DNA of 63,989 bases, the filler included, from Lama guanicoe (taxonomy: Eukaryota): the NCBI GenBank assembly GCA_013239625.1. It is 77 parts of 76 records of this genome, joined end to end, with 100 filler letters (N's around TTAATTAATTAA, not from the genome) between each part and the next. Parts side by side here need not be neighbours in the genome. Positions count along the whole stretch, not along the records: positions 49,373 to 50,164 come from PNXV01021444.1; positions 50,265 to 50,698 come from MU056556.1; positions 50,799 to 51,225 come from PNXV01021448.1; positions 51,326 to 52,114 come from PNXV01021452.1; positions 52,215 to 52,941 come from PNXV01021453.1; positions 53,042 to 53,510 come from PNXV01021457.1; positions 53,611 to 54,046 come from PNXV01021507.1; positions 54,147 to 55,309 come from MU056561.1; 69 more parts are not named here. One strand, written 5' to 3'. Positions 49,273 to 61,806 of the stretch are shown here, piece after piece. The translations under genes were made by a program, and so were the position numbers. Positions within the stretch are counted from its first letter, which is position 1, and each line of letters begins with the position of its first letter. Under the pieces are notes generated by a model, which was not told the DNA's origin, searched no databases, and saw nothing but the letters and a program-made list of their open reading frames with translations.

Positions 49273-49372
49273 NNNNNNNNNNNNNNNNNNNNNNNNNNNN
49301 NNNNNNNNNNNNNNNNTTAATTAATTAANNNNNNNNNNNNNNNNNNNNNNNNNNNNNNNNNNNNNNNNNNNN

Positions 49373-50164
49373 GAATGTAGAACACATATTTAAGACTATA
49401 GAATACAGAATACTGAATATAAAAAATAAAATATAGAATGTAGAACACAGAATATAGAATATAGAATATAGAACACAGAAATTATAACATGGAATGCATA
49501 ACACTGAATTTAGAATATAGAATACAGAATACTGATTATACAATTTAGAATATAGTATGTAGAACTTAGAATGTAGATATAGAATACTGAATGCAGAATA
49601 GAGAATTTAGAATATAGAATGAAAAACACAGAATATTGAATATAGATTACAAAATGTAGAATCAAGGATTTAGAACATGAAATGCAGAACACAGAATTTA
49701 GAATATGGATTACAGAATAATGAATATAGTATTTAGAATATAGAATGTAAAACACAGAATATGGAATATTCATTAACGAATTCAGAATATAGAATTTAGA
49801 ATATAGAATGTAAAACACAGAATATAGAATATAGAATGAATAACACAGAATATACAATATAGTATACAGAATACTGAATATAGAATTTAGAATATAGAAT
49901 GTAAAACACAGAATATAGAATATAGAATGAATAACACAGAATATACAATATAGTATACAGAATACTGAATATAGAATTTAGAATATAAAATGTAGAAACC
50001 AGAATATAGAATAGAGAATAGAGAATATAGAACACAGAATTTAGATTATAGAATACAGAATAATGAATACAGAATATAGAATATAGAATGAATAACACAG
50101 AATATACAATATAGTATACAGAATACTGAATATAGAATTTAGAATATAAAATGTAGAAACCAGA
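49373..50164 (-). repeat. Heptamer-periodic AT-rich satellite (reverse orientation)
   Basis: GAATATA-type words, with internal ~90-bp repeats. Confidence 0.95.
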
Positions 50165-50264
50165 NNNNNNNNNNNNNNNNNNNNNNNNNNNNNNNNNNNN
50201 NNNNNNNNTTAATTAATTAANNNNNNNNNNNNNNNNNNNNNNNNNNNNNNNNNNNNNNNNNNNN

Positions 50265-50698
50265 CTAATTAAAAAAGACACCTACACCCCAATATTCACA
50301 GCAGCACTATTTAGAATAGCAAGACATGGAAACAAACTAAATGTCCACTGACAGATGACTGGATAAAGAGATTGTAGTATATTTGTCCAATCGACTACTA
50401 TTCAGCCATAAAATAATAATAAAATAATGCCATNNNNNNNNNNNNNNNNNNNNNNNNNNNNNNNNNNNNNNNNNNNNNNNNNNNNNNNNNNNNNNNNNNN
50501 NNNNNNNNNNNNNNNNNNNNNNNNNNNNNNNNNNNNNNNNNNNNNNNNNNNNNNNNNNNNNNNNNNNNNNNNNNNNNNNNNTTATCTACAGAAACAGACA
50601 AAGAGTCATAGAAACCAAACTATGGTTACCAAAGGGGAAAGGGTGTGGCAAGCAATAATTTGGGAGTTCAAGATTTGCAGATACTGAGTATGTAAAGA
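50265..50698 (+). mobile_element. L1 ORF2 end and 3' UTR
   Basis: GCAGCACTATTT..AAGACATGGAAACAA, ATGGTTACCAAAGGGGAAAGG. Confidence 0.88.
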
Positions 50699-50798
50699 NN
50701 NNNNNNNNNNNNNNNNNNNNNNNNNNNNNNNNNNNNNNNNNNTTAATTAATTAANNNNNNNNNNNNNNNNNNNNNNNNNNNNNNNNNNNNNNNNNNNN

Positions 50799-51225
50799 AA
50801 ATCAGTTGCATTTCTTTACACTAACGATGAATCAACAGAAAAATAAAATAAAAAACAATCCCTTTTAAAATAGCACCCAAAGTAATAAAATACCTAGAAA
50901 TAAATCTAACCAAGGAGATGAAAGAATTATACACAGAAAACTATAAACCATTGATGAAGGAAATTAAAGAAGACTTTAAAAAATGGAAAGATATCCCATG
51001 CTCTTGGATTGGAAGAATCAATATTGTTAAAATGATCACACTGCCCAAGGCAATCTACAGATTTAATGCAATCCCTATCAAATTACCCAGGACATATTTC
51101 ACAGCACTAGAACAAACCATAATAAAATTTATATGGAACCTTCAAAGACCTAGAATTGCCAAAAAAAAGAAAGAGTTTGGAAGAATAACTCTCCCAGACT
51201 TCAGACAATACTATAGAGCTACAGT
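50799..51225 (+). mobile_element. Young L1 ORF2 fragment
   Basis: [50 protein letters not shown]. Confidence 0.96.
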
Positions 51226-51489
51226 NNNNNNNNNNNNNNNNNNNNNNNNNNNNNNNNNNNNNNNNNNNNTTAATTAATTAANNNNNNNNNNNNNNNNNNN
51301 NNNNNNNNNNNNNNNNNNNNNNNNNATTCAATATCTATGTCCAGTTACAAGAAAGAATTAAGTTTTCTGAACCTTAAAATAAAGAAATCTGCTGAAAATG
51401 AAATTCTGTCATGTATGCTGACCATAACTATACAGGCTCTTAAGTAATGCTCCCTTTACTGTTTTAATACCAACATAGGTCATTATAAT

Positions 51490-52114
51490 CGCTTTCAAAT
51501 TCCATTTATGCTAGATGAATGAACGCCTCTCCACATGCTCAATTCTGACAGCTGAGTGTGTGTGAAAGCCGTCAATCACCTAGCTAGTTGGGAACACACA
51601 GTTTCTTTTCAGTGGGAAAACACACGACATAAATATATATGGGGAGGTACTAGCTCCAACTCGGTTTAACAGAGAAAAGTGCATGAACTTGAAACTGACA
51701 CTATTAGAAACATGAAATCACATGAAGTGTTTCTATGGCTCCTCAATCCCTTTATGCTACATTAACGAACACGTCTCCACATGCTCAATTCTGAGAGTTG
51801 AATGTGCTTGTAATCGCTCAATGAACTATCTTGTTGGGAACACAGTTTCCTTAGAGTGTGGAACTAAACTACATATATATATATATGGATAGGTAGTAGT
51901 TCCAACACGGTTATACACTGAAAACTGCATGAACTTCAAACCGGCACTAGGAAATATATTTAGAAATCAGAGTAAGTGTTTCTAATGTTACAAAATCACT
52001 TTATGCTACATGAACGAACGTGTCTACACAGATTCAATTCTGAGAGTTGAATGTGTGTGAAAGCCACCAATCAACTAGCTTGTTGGGAACACACAGTTTC
52101 TTTTCAATTGGGAA
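51490..52114 (-). repeat. ~247-bp satellite, diverged, joined to non-satellite DNA
   Basis: Reverse complement of the 39747 family (GCTAGATGAATGAACG, CTCCAACTCGGTTT, CAAACCGGCACTAGGAAA). Confidence 0.88.
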
Positions 52115-52214
52115 NNNNNNNNNNNNNNNNNNNNNNNNNNNNNNNNNNNNNNNNNNNNTTAATTAATTAANNNNNNNNNNNNNNNNNNNNNNNNNNNNNN
52201 NNNNNNNNNNNNNN

Positions 52215-52941
52215 AGGGGACGAGGAGGGCATTCCGTCGGGAGGAAGACCAGGTCCGGGGCAGCGGGAGCAGAGAGGAGGGAGGGACAGGACCCGGGACC
52301 CAGGTCTCCACTGCCAGGCAGTGTGATTGCTAACTGGACAGAGGGAACGGGGGTGGAGGGTATCACTGAGATTTCTGGTTCTGTCCTCAAGGTAAAGACT
52401 GAAGTTCTTAGAAGGAAGATGGAAGGCTTTCATGATCTGGGGTCCTCAGTCTTCCCCTGGCCCCCAGGAGCCCTGGTTAAGGAGCCCTGGTTAGCCGTCA
52501 GGGTGAGTTCTGGGAATTCATTTTTGCCCTGAGACAGCCTGGAATAACAAGGTCTTCACACCCCCCCCCCGGGTTGACCTGTGGGAGATGGACCCACAGC
52601 ACCTCCCCAGAGAGCTTCCTCACATACACCCCTTCCTTAAGGTTCTTATCAAGGAGACCAACCCTGTCCTCTATCAATTCCTTTAGAGACCGAGCAAAGG
52701 ACTACATAGAAAGGGCAGTGCACGCTCTGAAATTTTCAAGAAACATTCTTTTCCTGAAGGAAATCCTAGGAGGAAGCTCAGCACAGAAAACAGAGGAGAG
52801 TGGGGGTCATGCTGGATGACGTGTGCGTGTCGGGGGGCCGGGAGCCCTGCCCGCTGGCCACCCGCAACATCTGCTTTATGCTTGGAGCTTCCTGGCACCG
52901 TCCTGGGCCCCCGGGCTCTGTGGACCGCACAGAAACTCCCT
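52215..52941 (+). repeat. Copy 2 of the segment at 29308-30008
   Basis: Near-identical, with scattered SNPs and two indel regions. Confidence 0.95.
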
Positions 52942-53041
52942 NNNNNNNNNNNNNNNNNNNNNNNNNNNNNNNNNNNNNNNNNNNNTTAATTAATTAANNN
53001 NNNNNNNNNNNNNNNNNNNNNNNNNNNNNNNNNNNNNNNNN

Positions 53042-53129
53042 GTCTGTTTCCTAGTGCCGGTTTGAACTTCCTGCGGTTTGCACTGTAAAACCGAGTTGGT
53101 GGTTGTTCCTCCCCATATATATGTATGGA
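53042..53129 (+). repeat. ~247-bp satellite fragment ending at a junction with unique DNA
   Basis: GTCTGTTTCCTAGTGCCGGTTTGAA...CCCCATATATATGTATGGA. Confidence 0.85.
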
Positions 53130-53610
53130 CCATATGCCGACACAAAAGAAGAGATTGTAGTAAAGATAAAGTGGCTGAAATCAATGTCCGGAAAACCTAG
53201 CTAAGTTTCCTAAATGTCCCAACTTAACTAACCACAGGACTGCCGCATCAAGAATTGGGCAAATAGCACCTTGTGGATTTTTTTTTAATAAATAAATAAC
53301 TTCCTACCACCGGCAATTATGATAAGACTGATTATAAGTTCTTACAACAAATAGTGTAGAAATCATAATTTCTACTTGATTCAAACCACTTCTTCTATAA
53401 AATTTGAATCTTTTATCTTCAGACGCATTTTTGCCATTTGACCTAGTGATAAAATTTTCAGCTGGCTTTTATTAAAAATATTCACCATAGTGAGAGTTTA
53501 TTACATCAACNNNNNNNNNNNNNNNNNNNNNNNNNNNNNNNNNNNNNNNNNNNNTTAATTAATTAANNNNNNNNNNNNNNNNNNNNNNNNNNNNNNNNNN
53601 NNNNNNNNNN

Positions 53611-54046
53611 CGTTAGGAAACATGCTTAGAAATCAGAGAATTTGTGTCTAGAATATCTCCGCCTTTTATGTTGCATGAAGGAACGCCTCTCAACATGCTC
53701 ATTTATCAGATCTGTATGAGTGTGAAAGCCGTTCTTCACCTAGCTTTTTGGAAACCCAGTGTTTCAGTCCAAGGTAAACTGCACTTTCCAATATATGTGT
53801 ATGTACTAGCACGAACTCGATTTTTCACTGCAAACTGCTTTTACTTGAAATATTTGAGAAACATGCTGAGAAATCAGAGTACTTGTTTCTGTATGTAACT
53901 TAACCTTCAAGGCTGGATGAAAGAAGCCTCTCCACAAGCTCACTTTTGACATCTGAATTTCTCTTGGAGCCATCCTTCACCTTACTTGTTGGAACCTCAG
54001 AGTTTCTTGTATAGGGGAACTAAGCTACTTACATATGTAAGGGGGG
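53611..54046 (-). repeat. ~247-bp satellite, strongly diverged
   Basis: GAAACATGCT(T/G)AGAAATCAGAG repeats at ~250 bp; other family motifs present. Confidence 0.75.
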
Positions 54047-54146
54047 NNNNNNNNNNNNNNNNNNNNNNNNNNNNNNNNNNNNNNNNNNNNTTAATTAATT
54101 AANNNNNNNNNNNNNNNNNNNNNNNNNNNNNNNNNNNNNNNNNNNN

Positions 54147-55309
54147 ATATTCTATATTCTGTGTTCTTCATTGTATATTCTAATTTCTATATTCAGTATC
54201 TGTATCCTATATTCTAAATTCTGTGTTCTACATTGTATATACATATTCTATATTCAGTATTCGGTATTCAATGCTCAAAATTCTGTGTTGTGCATTCCAT
54301 GTTCTAAATTTTGTGTTCTAAATTCTGTATTCTATATTCTATATTCTGTGTTCTACATTCTATATTCTAAATTCGAAATACAGTGTTCTGTATTCTATAT
54401 TCTAAATTCTGTGTTCAACATTCCATGTTCTTAATTCTGGGTTCTATATTCTCTATTTTCTATTCTATAATTTTTGTTCATCATTCTATATTCTTTAGTC
54501 TATATTCTGCATTCCGTAGTCTATATTCTATATTCTGTGTTCTCATTCTATATTCTAAATTCTATATACAGTATTGTATATTCTGTATTCTAAATTCTGT
54601 GTTCTGCATTCCATGTTCTAAATTCTTAGTTCTGTATTCTGTTTTCCATATTCTACATTGTGTGTTCTACATTCTGTATTCTGTATTCTATATTCTAAAT
54701 TCTGTGTTCTGCATTCCATGTTCTAAATTCTTAGTTCTGTATTCTGTTTTCCATATTCTACATTGTGTGTTCTACATTCTGTATTCTGTATTCTATATTT
54801 TGCATTCCGTTTTCTACATTCCATATTCTGTGTCCTACATTCTATAATCTAAATCCTACATTCAGTATTCCGTATTCAATATTCTATACTCTGTGTTCTA
54901 CATTCTACATTCTAAATTCTATATTCAGTATTCTTTATTCTATATTCTAAATTCTGTGTTCTCCATCCAATTTTTTATATTGTTTATTATATATTCTNNN
55001 NNNNNNNNNNNNNNNNNNNNNNNNNNNNNNNNNNNNNNNNNNNNNNNNNNNNNNNNNNNNNNNNNNNNNNNNNNNNNNNNNNNNNNNNNNNNNNNNNNNN
55101 NNNNNNNNNNNNNNNNNNNNNNNNNNNNNNNNNNNNNNNNNNNNNNNNNNNNNNNNNNNNNNNNNNNNNNNNNNNNNNNNNNNNNNNNNNNNNNNNNNNN
55201 NNNNTAAATTCTGTGCAGTTTATGTTCGAAATTCTATATTCAGTATTCTGTATTCTATAATCTAAATTCGGTGTTAGGAATTCCATGTTCAAAATTCTGG
55301 GTTCTGTAT
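54147..55309 (+). repeat. Heptamer-periodic AT-rich satellite
   Basis: Same word set, with an internal exact ~105-bp repeat near 54585-54790. Confidence 0.95.
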
Positions 55310-55409
55310 NNNNNNNNNNNNNNNNNNNNNNNNNNNNNNNNNNNNNNNNNNNNTTAATTAATTAANNNNNNNNNNNNNNNNNNNNNNNNNNNNNNNNNNN
55401 NNNNNNNNN

Positions 55410-56430
55410 AACACCTGTGACTGAAGAGAGCTGCGTGGAGTTGTCTCCCGATATCCCCACGCACTGATAATGGTACCGGAATCCTGAGCGTGGGGAGGTT
55501 ACACCAACGATCGGCAGCGAGTGGGTTCTAATGGAATGCCTAAGCTCGTCTCCACTGGGTTTTTTCCTTATGTCTCCGTGCCAGGGAATGCTAGGTGTGT
55601 TTACAGGCAATCCCAGTGACAGAGGATGAACCCCGAAAGTCAGGGAAGGTATTTCACGTACTTCCCGTTCAGGGAACACCTGTGACTGAAGAGAGCTGCG
55701 TGGAGTGGTCTCTCGAGCTCCCCCACGCACTGACAATGGTTCCGGAATCCTGAGCTTGGGGAGGTTCCACCAACGGTCGGCAGCGCGTGGGTTCTAACGG
55801 AATGCCTAAGCTCNNNNNNNNNNNNNNNNNNNNNNNNNNNNNNNNNNNNNNNNNNNNNNNNNNNNNNNNNNNNNNNNNNNNNNNNNNNCGCCTCCCCAGT
55901 TCAGGGAAGGTATTTCTCAGAATTCCCCCTAACAGGGACCACCTGTGACTAAAGAAAGTTGCGTGAAGTTGTCTTTCGAGCTCCCCACGCACTGACAAAG
56001 CTCCCGGAATCCTGAGCTTGGGGAGGTTCCACCAACGGTCAGCAGTGCGTGGGTTCAAACGGAATGCCTAAGCTCGACTCCCCTGTGTTTTTTCCTAATA
56101 TCTCTGTGCCAGGGAATGCTAGGGGGGGTTGCAGGCAATCCCAGTGACAGAGGCTGCCTCCCCAAGGTCAGGGAAGGTATTTCTCAGAATTCCCCCTAAC
56201 AGGGACCACCTGTGACTAAAGAAAGTTGCGTGGAGTTGTCTTTCGAGCTCCCCACGCACTGACAAAGCTCCCGGAATCCTGAGCTTGGGGAGGTTCCACC
56301 AACGGTTGGCAGCGTGTGGGTTCTAACGGAATGCCTAAGCTCGTCTCCCCTGGAATTTTTCCTAATATCTCTCTGCCAGTTAATGCTAGGGGTGTTTGAA
56401 GGCAATACCAGAGACAGAGGCTGCCTCCCC
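55410..56430 (-). repeat. 267-bp satellite array
   Basis: CACCTGTGACT..AGA..G(C/T)TGCGTG recurs at ~267 bp. Confidence 0.96.
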
Positions 56431-57159
56431 NNNNNNNNNNNNNNNNNNNNNNNNNNNNNNNNNNNNNNNNNNNNTTAATTAATTAANNNNNNNNNNNNNN
56501 NNNNNNNNNNNNNNNNNNNNNNNNNNNNNNGTTATGTTTTTTAAGAAGGAAACTACCTTGTTTCTTATCTGCTAGGCTGATCCTCTAGGGAGTTTGAACT
56601 GCTATGTCGTTTTCAGTAAAAGATAGATATTCCAAGGCTCTTAAAAAAAAAAACTCACCTACTCTAACAACAGGAAACAAACGCCACTACAAACAGACAA
56701 AGGAGTGAATGGATGGACTACTTGTCAACCCTCTTTCTCCAAGAGACGGCGAGTTGTCTTAGTTCTCACAAGAAGACCTGCCGCTCCCACATTTACCTGT
56801 TTGGCAGGCATGTGGCTCTCCCGTCTCTGGTGTCTGCAGGGCACTGGCTACGCTGTGCTCACTCCTCTGCCCTTGCCAGCTCTGGCCCTGGGGAATGAAA
56901 GGAAGCCGCCTGAGAGCAGCTGGCCAGGGTCCATTCGCCTTTGCTTTCCCAGGCCCTGACCTGGCACTCAGACACATGGCTTAGACCCCCAACTCCTGTC
57001 ACCCAGAATCCGGGTCTGGCTTCTTCATACCTGCATTTCCTGTGACTCACAGNNNNNNNNNNNNNNNNNNNNNNNNNNNNNNNNNNNNNNNNNNNNTTAA
57101 TTAATTAANNNNNNNNNNNNNNNNNNNNNNNNNNNNNNNNNNNNNNNNNNNNAAGTGTC

Positions 57160-57340
57160 AGTGTGTTAAGTGCTTCATGTGTGCTATAATAATCTTCAGG
57201 ATTTACAACAATCCCAGGAAGTAACGAATATTATATCATGCCCATTTCACAGATTCACCATCAGTTTAAGAGAGGTTACATTCAAGTCCAAGGCGCTATG
57301 GTGAGTAAATGGCGATTTCAACGTGAATATGGCCCCAGGC
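57160..57340 (-). mobile_element. MIR SINE
   Basis: TTATATCATGCCCATTTCACAGAT...AGAGAGGTTA..TCCAAGG..GGTGAGTAAATGGC. Confidence 0.65.
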
Positions 57341-57734
57341 CTGGGCTCCATCTCTGTCCCATCCACCTGAACACTGCCTATGAATTCCACCTGTCCAATA
57401 CCCAAGTTGAAGCCAGCCAGCTCTTAAATGCAATGTGTGTCACCGTTTGTCAATGTTGGTTCATTACCATAAACAGTTCTCAGAAAGCACTTCAGAAAGG
57501 AAAGTTGGACTCACATACCTGCCCACAAAGAAGAGGAATTCTGCCTTGCCTTCTCCTGTAACGTGCAGAAACCCTTCCCATTCACCACCGAATCCTTTTG
57601 TATGCTTCCTCCGTGTTCATGTTTACACATGGCTTATTAAAGTAGAAGTTACCTGCAGTAATTCCATCTCGGTTCCATTCCAAGCTTCCAGATNNNNNNN
57701 NNNNNNNNNNNNNNNNNNNNNNNNNNNNNNNNNN

Positions 57735-57977
57735 ATATTGCAACCATGTCACTAAACAAAGAATGCTGAAAACAAGTCATCAGCGGCTGCCGCCACCCCC
57801 CAGTGAAGACAGGCCTGCAGCCATTCACAACGGTGCCCTCTGAGCAGACTCAGAATAAGAAAGGACAGATTACTGGCCCTAGATAGCTAGGTGCTTGTCT
57901 AAAGTATATATTCAGTCAGCCCTAATGATGGCTTCCTCCCATATATTGAAAAGCATTAAATTCATGAACTTGAGATA
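57735..57977 (+). mobile_element. ERV1-class LTR, 5' part (cetartiodactyl type)
   Basis: CTGGCCCTAGATAGCT..., TCCCATATATTGAAAAGCATTAAATTCATGAACTTGAGATA resembles artiodactyl ERV1 LTRs (recalled). Confidence 0.55.
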
Positions 57978-58506
57978 NNNNNNNNNNNNNNNNNNNNNNN
58001 NNNNNNNNNNNNNNNNNNNNNTTAATTAATTAANNNNNNNNNNNNNNNNNNNNNNNNNNNNNNNNNNNNNNNNNNNNGTTCAGTTAATCGGTACTGAATG
58101 TTAATTGCTGACAAAGGGTTTATTCTCCTATTCAAAATTAGCCAGCAAACCAAAGTATCCTAAAAGCGCAATGTCTGAAGCCAAAAGGAAGAATCTCTCA
58201 CGGTGATTCTTAGTCCTTTATTTAAGAAATGCTTATTAAATGTCCAACGGTTGCATTATCTCGGACTGGCACTGAGAATACCCAGGTGAAGAGACACTGC
58301 CCCTGTTCTGAAGCACTCACAGCCTTGTGAGGAAGCCAGATAGTTATCTGAGAAAAGGGAAGGAGCTCTTAGGTCTTGCCTTTGGAATCAGGAAGGTCTT
58401 CACAGANNNNNNNNNNNNNNNNNNNNNNNNNNNNNNNNNNNNNNNNNNNNTTAATTAATTAANNNNNNNNNNNNNNNNNNNNNNNNNNNNNNNNNNNNNN
58501 NNNNNN

Positions 58507-59618
58507 TTAATTCTGTGTTCTGCATTCCATGTCCTAAATTCTGGGTTCTCTATTCCCTATTCTCTATTCTGTTTTCTACATTCAATATTCTAAATGCTAT
58601 ATTCAGAAAACTTTATTCTATATTCTATATTCTGTGTTCTGCATTCCATTACTAAATTCTAGGTTCTGTATTCTCTTATATATGTTCTATATTTTATGTT
58701 CTTCATTCTATATTCTAAATTCTATATTCCGCATTCCGTGTTCAATATTCTATATTCTGTGTTCTTCATTCAATATTCTTAACTTTATATTCAGTATTCT
58801 GTATTCTATATTCTAAATTCTGTGTTCTGCATTCCATAATCTAAATTCTGGGTTCTATATTCTCTATTCTATATTGTGTGTTCTTAATTCTATACTCTAC
58901 ATAATATATTTTGCATTGTGTATTCTATATTCTAAAAACTGTGTTCTGCATTTCATGTTCTAAGTTCTATATTCAGGATTCTTTAATCTATATTCTAAAT
59001 TTTATGTTCTGCATTCCATGTACTAATTTCTATATTCAGTATTCTGTATTCTATATTCTAAATTCTGTGTTCTGCATTCCATAATCTAAATTCTGGGTTN
59101 NNNNNNNNNNNNNNNNNNNNNNNNNNNNNNNNNNNNNNNNNNNNNNNNNNNNNNNNNNNNNNNNNNNNNNNNNNNNNNNNNNNNNNNNNNNNNNNNNNNN
59201 NNNNNNNNNNNNNNNNNNNNNNNNNNNNNNNNNNNNNNNNNNNNNNNNNNNNNNNNNNNNNNTTCTAAGTTCTATATTCAGGATTCTTTATTCTATATTC
59301 TAAATTTTATGTTCTGCATTCCATGTACTAATTTCTATATTCAGTATTCTGTATTCTATATTCTAAATTCTGTGTTCTGCATTCCATGTTCTATATTCTA
59401 TTGTCAGGGTTCTGTATTCTGTATTCTAAATTTTGTGTACAGCATTCGATGTTCTAAATTCTATATTTAGTATTCTTAATTCTATATTCTAAATTCTCTG
59501 TTCTGAATTCCATTGTCTAAATTCTGGGTTCTGTGTTCTGTTTTCTATTTTCTATATTCTGTGTTCTAATTTCTATATTCTGTATTCAATATTCTGCATT
59601 CCGTATTCTATATTCTAT
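58507..59618 (+). repeat. Heptamer-periodic AT-rich satellite
   Basis: Same word set. Confidence 0.95.
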
Positions 59619-59718
59619 NNNNNNNNNNNNNNNNNNNNNNNNNNNNNNNNNNNNNNNNNNNNTTAATTAATTAANNNNNNNNNNNNNNNNNNNNNNNNNN
59701 NNNNNNNNNNNNNNNNNN

Positions 59719-61065
59719 TCTACATTCTATATTCTAAATTCTATATTCACTATTCCGTATTCTATATACTATACTCTGTGTTCAACATTTTATATTCTAA
59801 ATTTTAGATTAAGTATACTGTATTCTATATTCTAAATTCTGTGTTCTGCTTACCATGTTGTAAGTTCTGGGTTATATGTTCACTATTATATACTGTATAT
59901 TTGTGTTCTTCATTTATATTCTACCTACTATATTCTGCATTCCCTAATCTATATTCTATATTCTGTGTTCTACATTCTATATCCTAATNNNNNNNNNNNN
60001 NNNNNNNNNNNNNNNNNNNNNNNNNNNNNNNNNNNNNNNNNNNNNNNNNNNNNNNNNNNNNNNNNNNNNNNNNNNNNNNNNNNNNNNNNNNNNNNNNNNN
60101 NNNNNNNNNNNNNNNNNNNNNNNNNNNNNNNNNNNNNNNNNNNNNNNNNNNNNNNNNNNNNNNNNNNNNNNNNNNNNNNNNNNNNNNNNNNNNNNNNNNN
60201 NNNNNNNNTCTAAATTCTGTGTTCTGCATTCCATATTCTAAATTCTGGGTTCTATATTCTGTTTTCAATATTCCAAATTCTATGTGCTAGATTCTATATT
60301 CTGTATTCAATATTCTGAATTCCGTATTCTACATTCCATATTCTGTGTTCTACATTCTATTTTCTTAATTCGATATTCTGTATTCTGTATTCTATATTCT
60401 ATATTCTGTGCTCTACAATTCATGTTCTGAATTCTGGGTCCTATATTCTCTATTCTAAATTTTGTGTTCGTTATTCTACATTCTATATTCTATATTCTGC
60501 ATTCCGTAGTCTATATTCTATATGCTGTTCTACATTGTATATTCTAAATTCTATATTGAGTATTCTGTATTCTATATTCTAAATTCTGTGTTCTNNNNNN
60601 NNNNNNNNNNNNNNNNNNNNNNNNNNNNNNNNNNNNNNNNNNNNNNNNNNNNNNNNNNNNNNNNNNNNNNNNNNNNNNNNNNNNNNNNNNNNNNNNNNNN
60701 NNNNNNNNNNNNNNNNNNNNNNNNNNNNNNNNNNNNNNNNNNNNNNNNNNNNNNNNNNNNNNNNNNNNNNNNNNNNNNNNNNNNNNNNNNNNNNNNNNNN
60801 NNNNNNNNNNNNNNNNNNNNNNNNNNNNNNNNNNNNNNNNNNNNNNNNNNNNNNNNNNNNNNNNNNNNNNNNNNNNNNNNNNNNNNNNNNNNNNNNNNNN
60901 NNNNNNNNNNNNNNNNNNNNNNNNNNNNNNNNNNNNNNNNNNNNNNNNNNNNNNNNNNNNNNNNNNNNNNNNNNTATTTTTTATTCTAAATTCAATATTC
61001 AGTATTCTGTATTCTGTATTCTAAATTGTGTGTTCTGCATCCCATGTTCTAAATTTTGTGTTCCA
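59719..61065 (+). repeat. Heptamer-periodic AT-rich satellite
   Basis: Same word set. Confidence 0.95.
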
Positions 61066-61165
61066 NNNNNNNNNNNNNNNNNNNNNNNNNNNNNNNNNNN
61101 NNNNNNNNNTTAATTAATTAANNNNNNNNNNNNNNNNNNNNNNNNNNNNNNNNNNNNNNNNNNNN

Positions 61166-61806
61166 CGCCACGCACGCCCAGACGCGCACCCCACGCTCGC
61201 ACGCACGTCCACACATACAGACACCCCCGCCGGGCAGCAGGCGAAGGGAGGCGGGTATCATCAGTCCGCGTCCTCCTCTATGTAATAATCAGGGGCGGTA
61301 CCATCAAAGAGGCCGGGGTCGAGGGACTTCCGCTGCTTCCCTCTGGCGAAGACGCGCGAGATGGAGCCGAATCCCATCTTCTCTTTCTTCTTTTTCCGTT
61401 TTTGGTCTTCAAGATCCTCTAGTGACTGTACAATGGGGTTGTGCAGGTTCTTCTGAACCGGGCCGGGACTGTCGCCGTTGCAGAGNNNNNNNNNNNNNNN
61501 NNNNNNNNNNNNNNNNNNNNNNNNNNNNNNNNNNNNNNNNNNNNNNNNNNNNNNNNNNNNNNNNNNNNNNNNNTTCTCTTTCTTCTTTTTCCGTTTTTGG
61601 TCTTCAAGATCCTCTAGTGACTGTACAATGGGGTTGTGCAGGTTCTTCTGAACCGGGCCGGGACTGTCGCCGTTGCAGAGGGAGTGCGTCGGGTGTCGAG
61701 GGGAGTTGATGTCGCTTGGCGTGGACGACCTGTCGCCTTCAGCCGCAGAGGCGTCGTAGATGACAGAGGGCTGCCGGGAGTGGCAGGGGCTCACCCTGAC
61801 CGCTTG
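61166..61806 (-). pseudogene. KAZN: Intronless copy of the kazrin-A C-terminal CDS and start of the 3' UTR; probable processed pseudogene or retrogene
   Basis: Reads QAVRVSPCHSRQPSVIYDASAAEGDRSSTPSDINSPRHPTHSLCNGDSPGPVQKNLHNPIVQSLEDLEDQKRKKKKEKMGFGSISRVFARGKQRKSLDPGLFDGTAPDYYIEEDAD*, the kazrin-A C-terminus, with no introns. Stop at 61261-61263. Gene identity is firm; retrocopy status depends on recalled exon structure. Confidence 0.85.

Noticed and set aside
61379..61680. Apparent internal duplication of the KAZN segment LCNGDSP...KKKKE
   Set aside because: 61379-61485 and 61574-61680 are identical and directly flank an N gap, the pattern of overlapping contig ends that were not merged.
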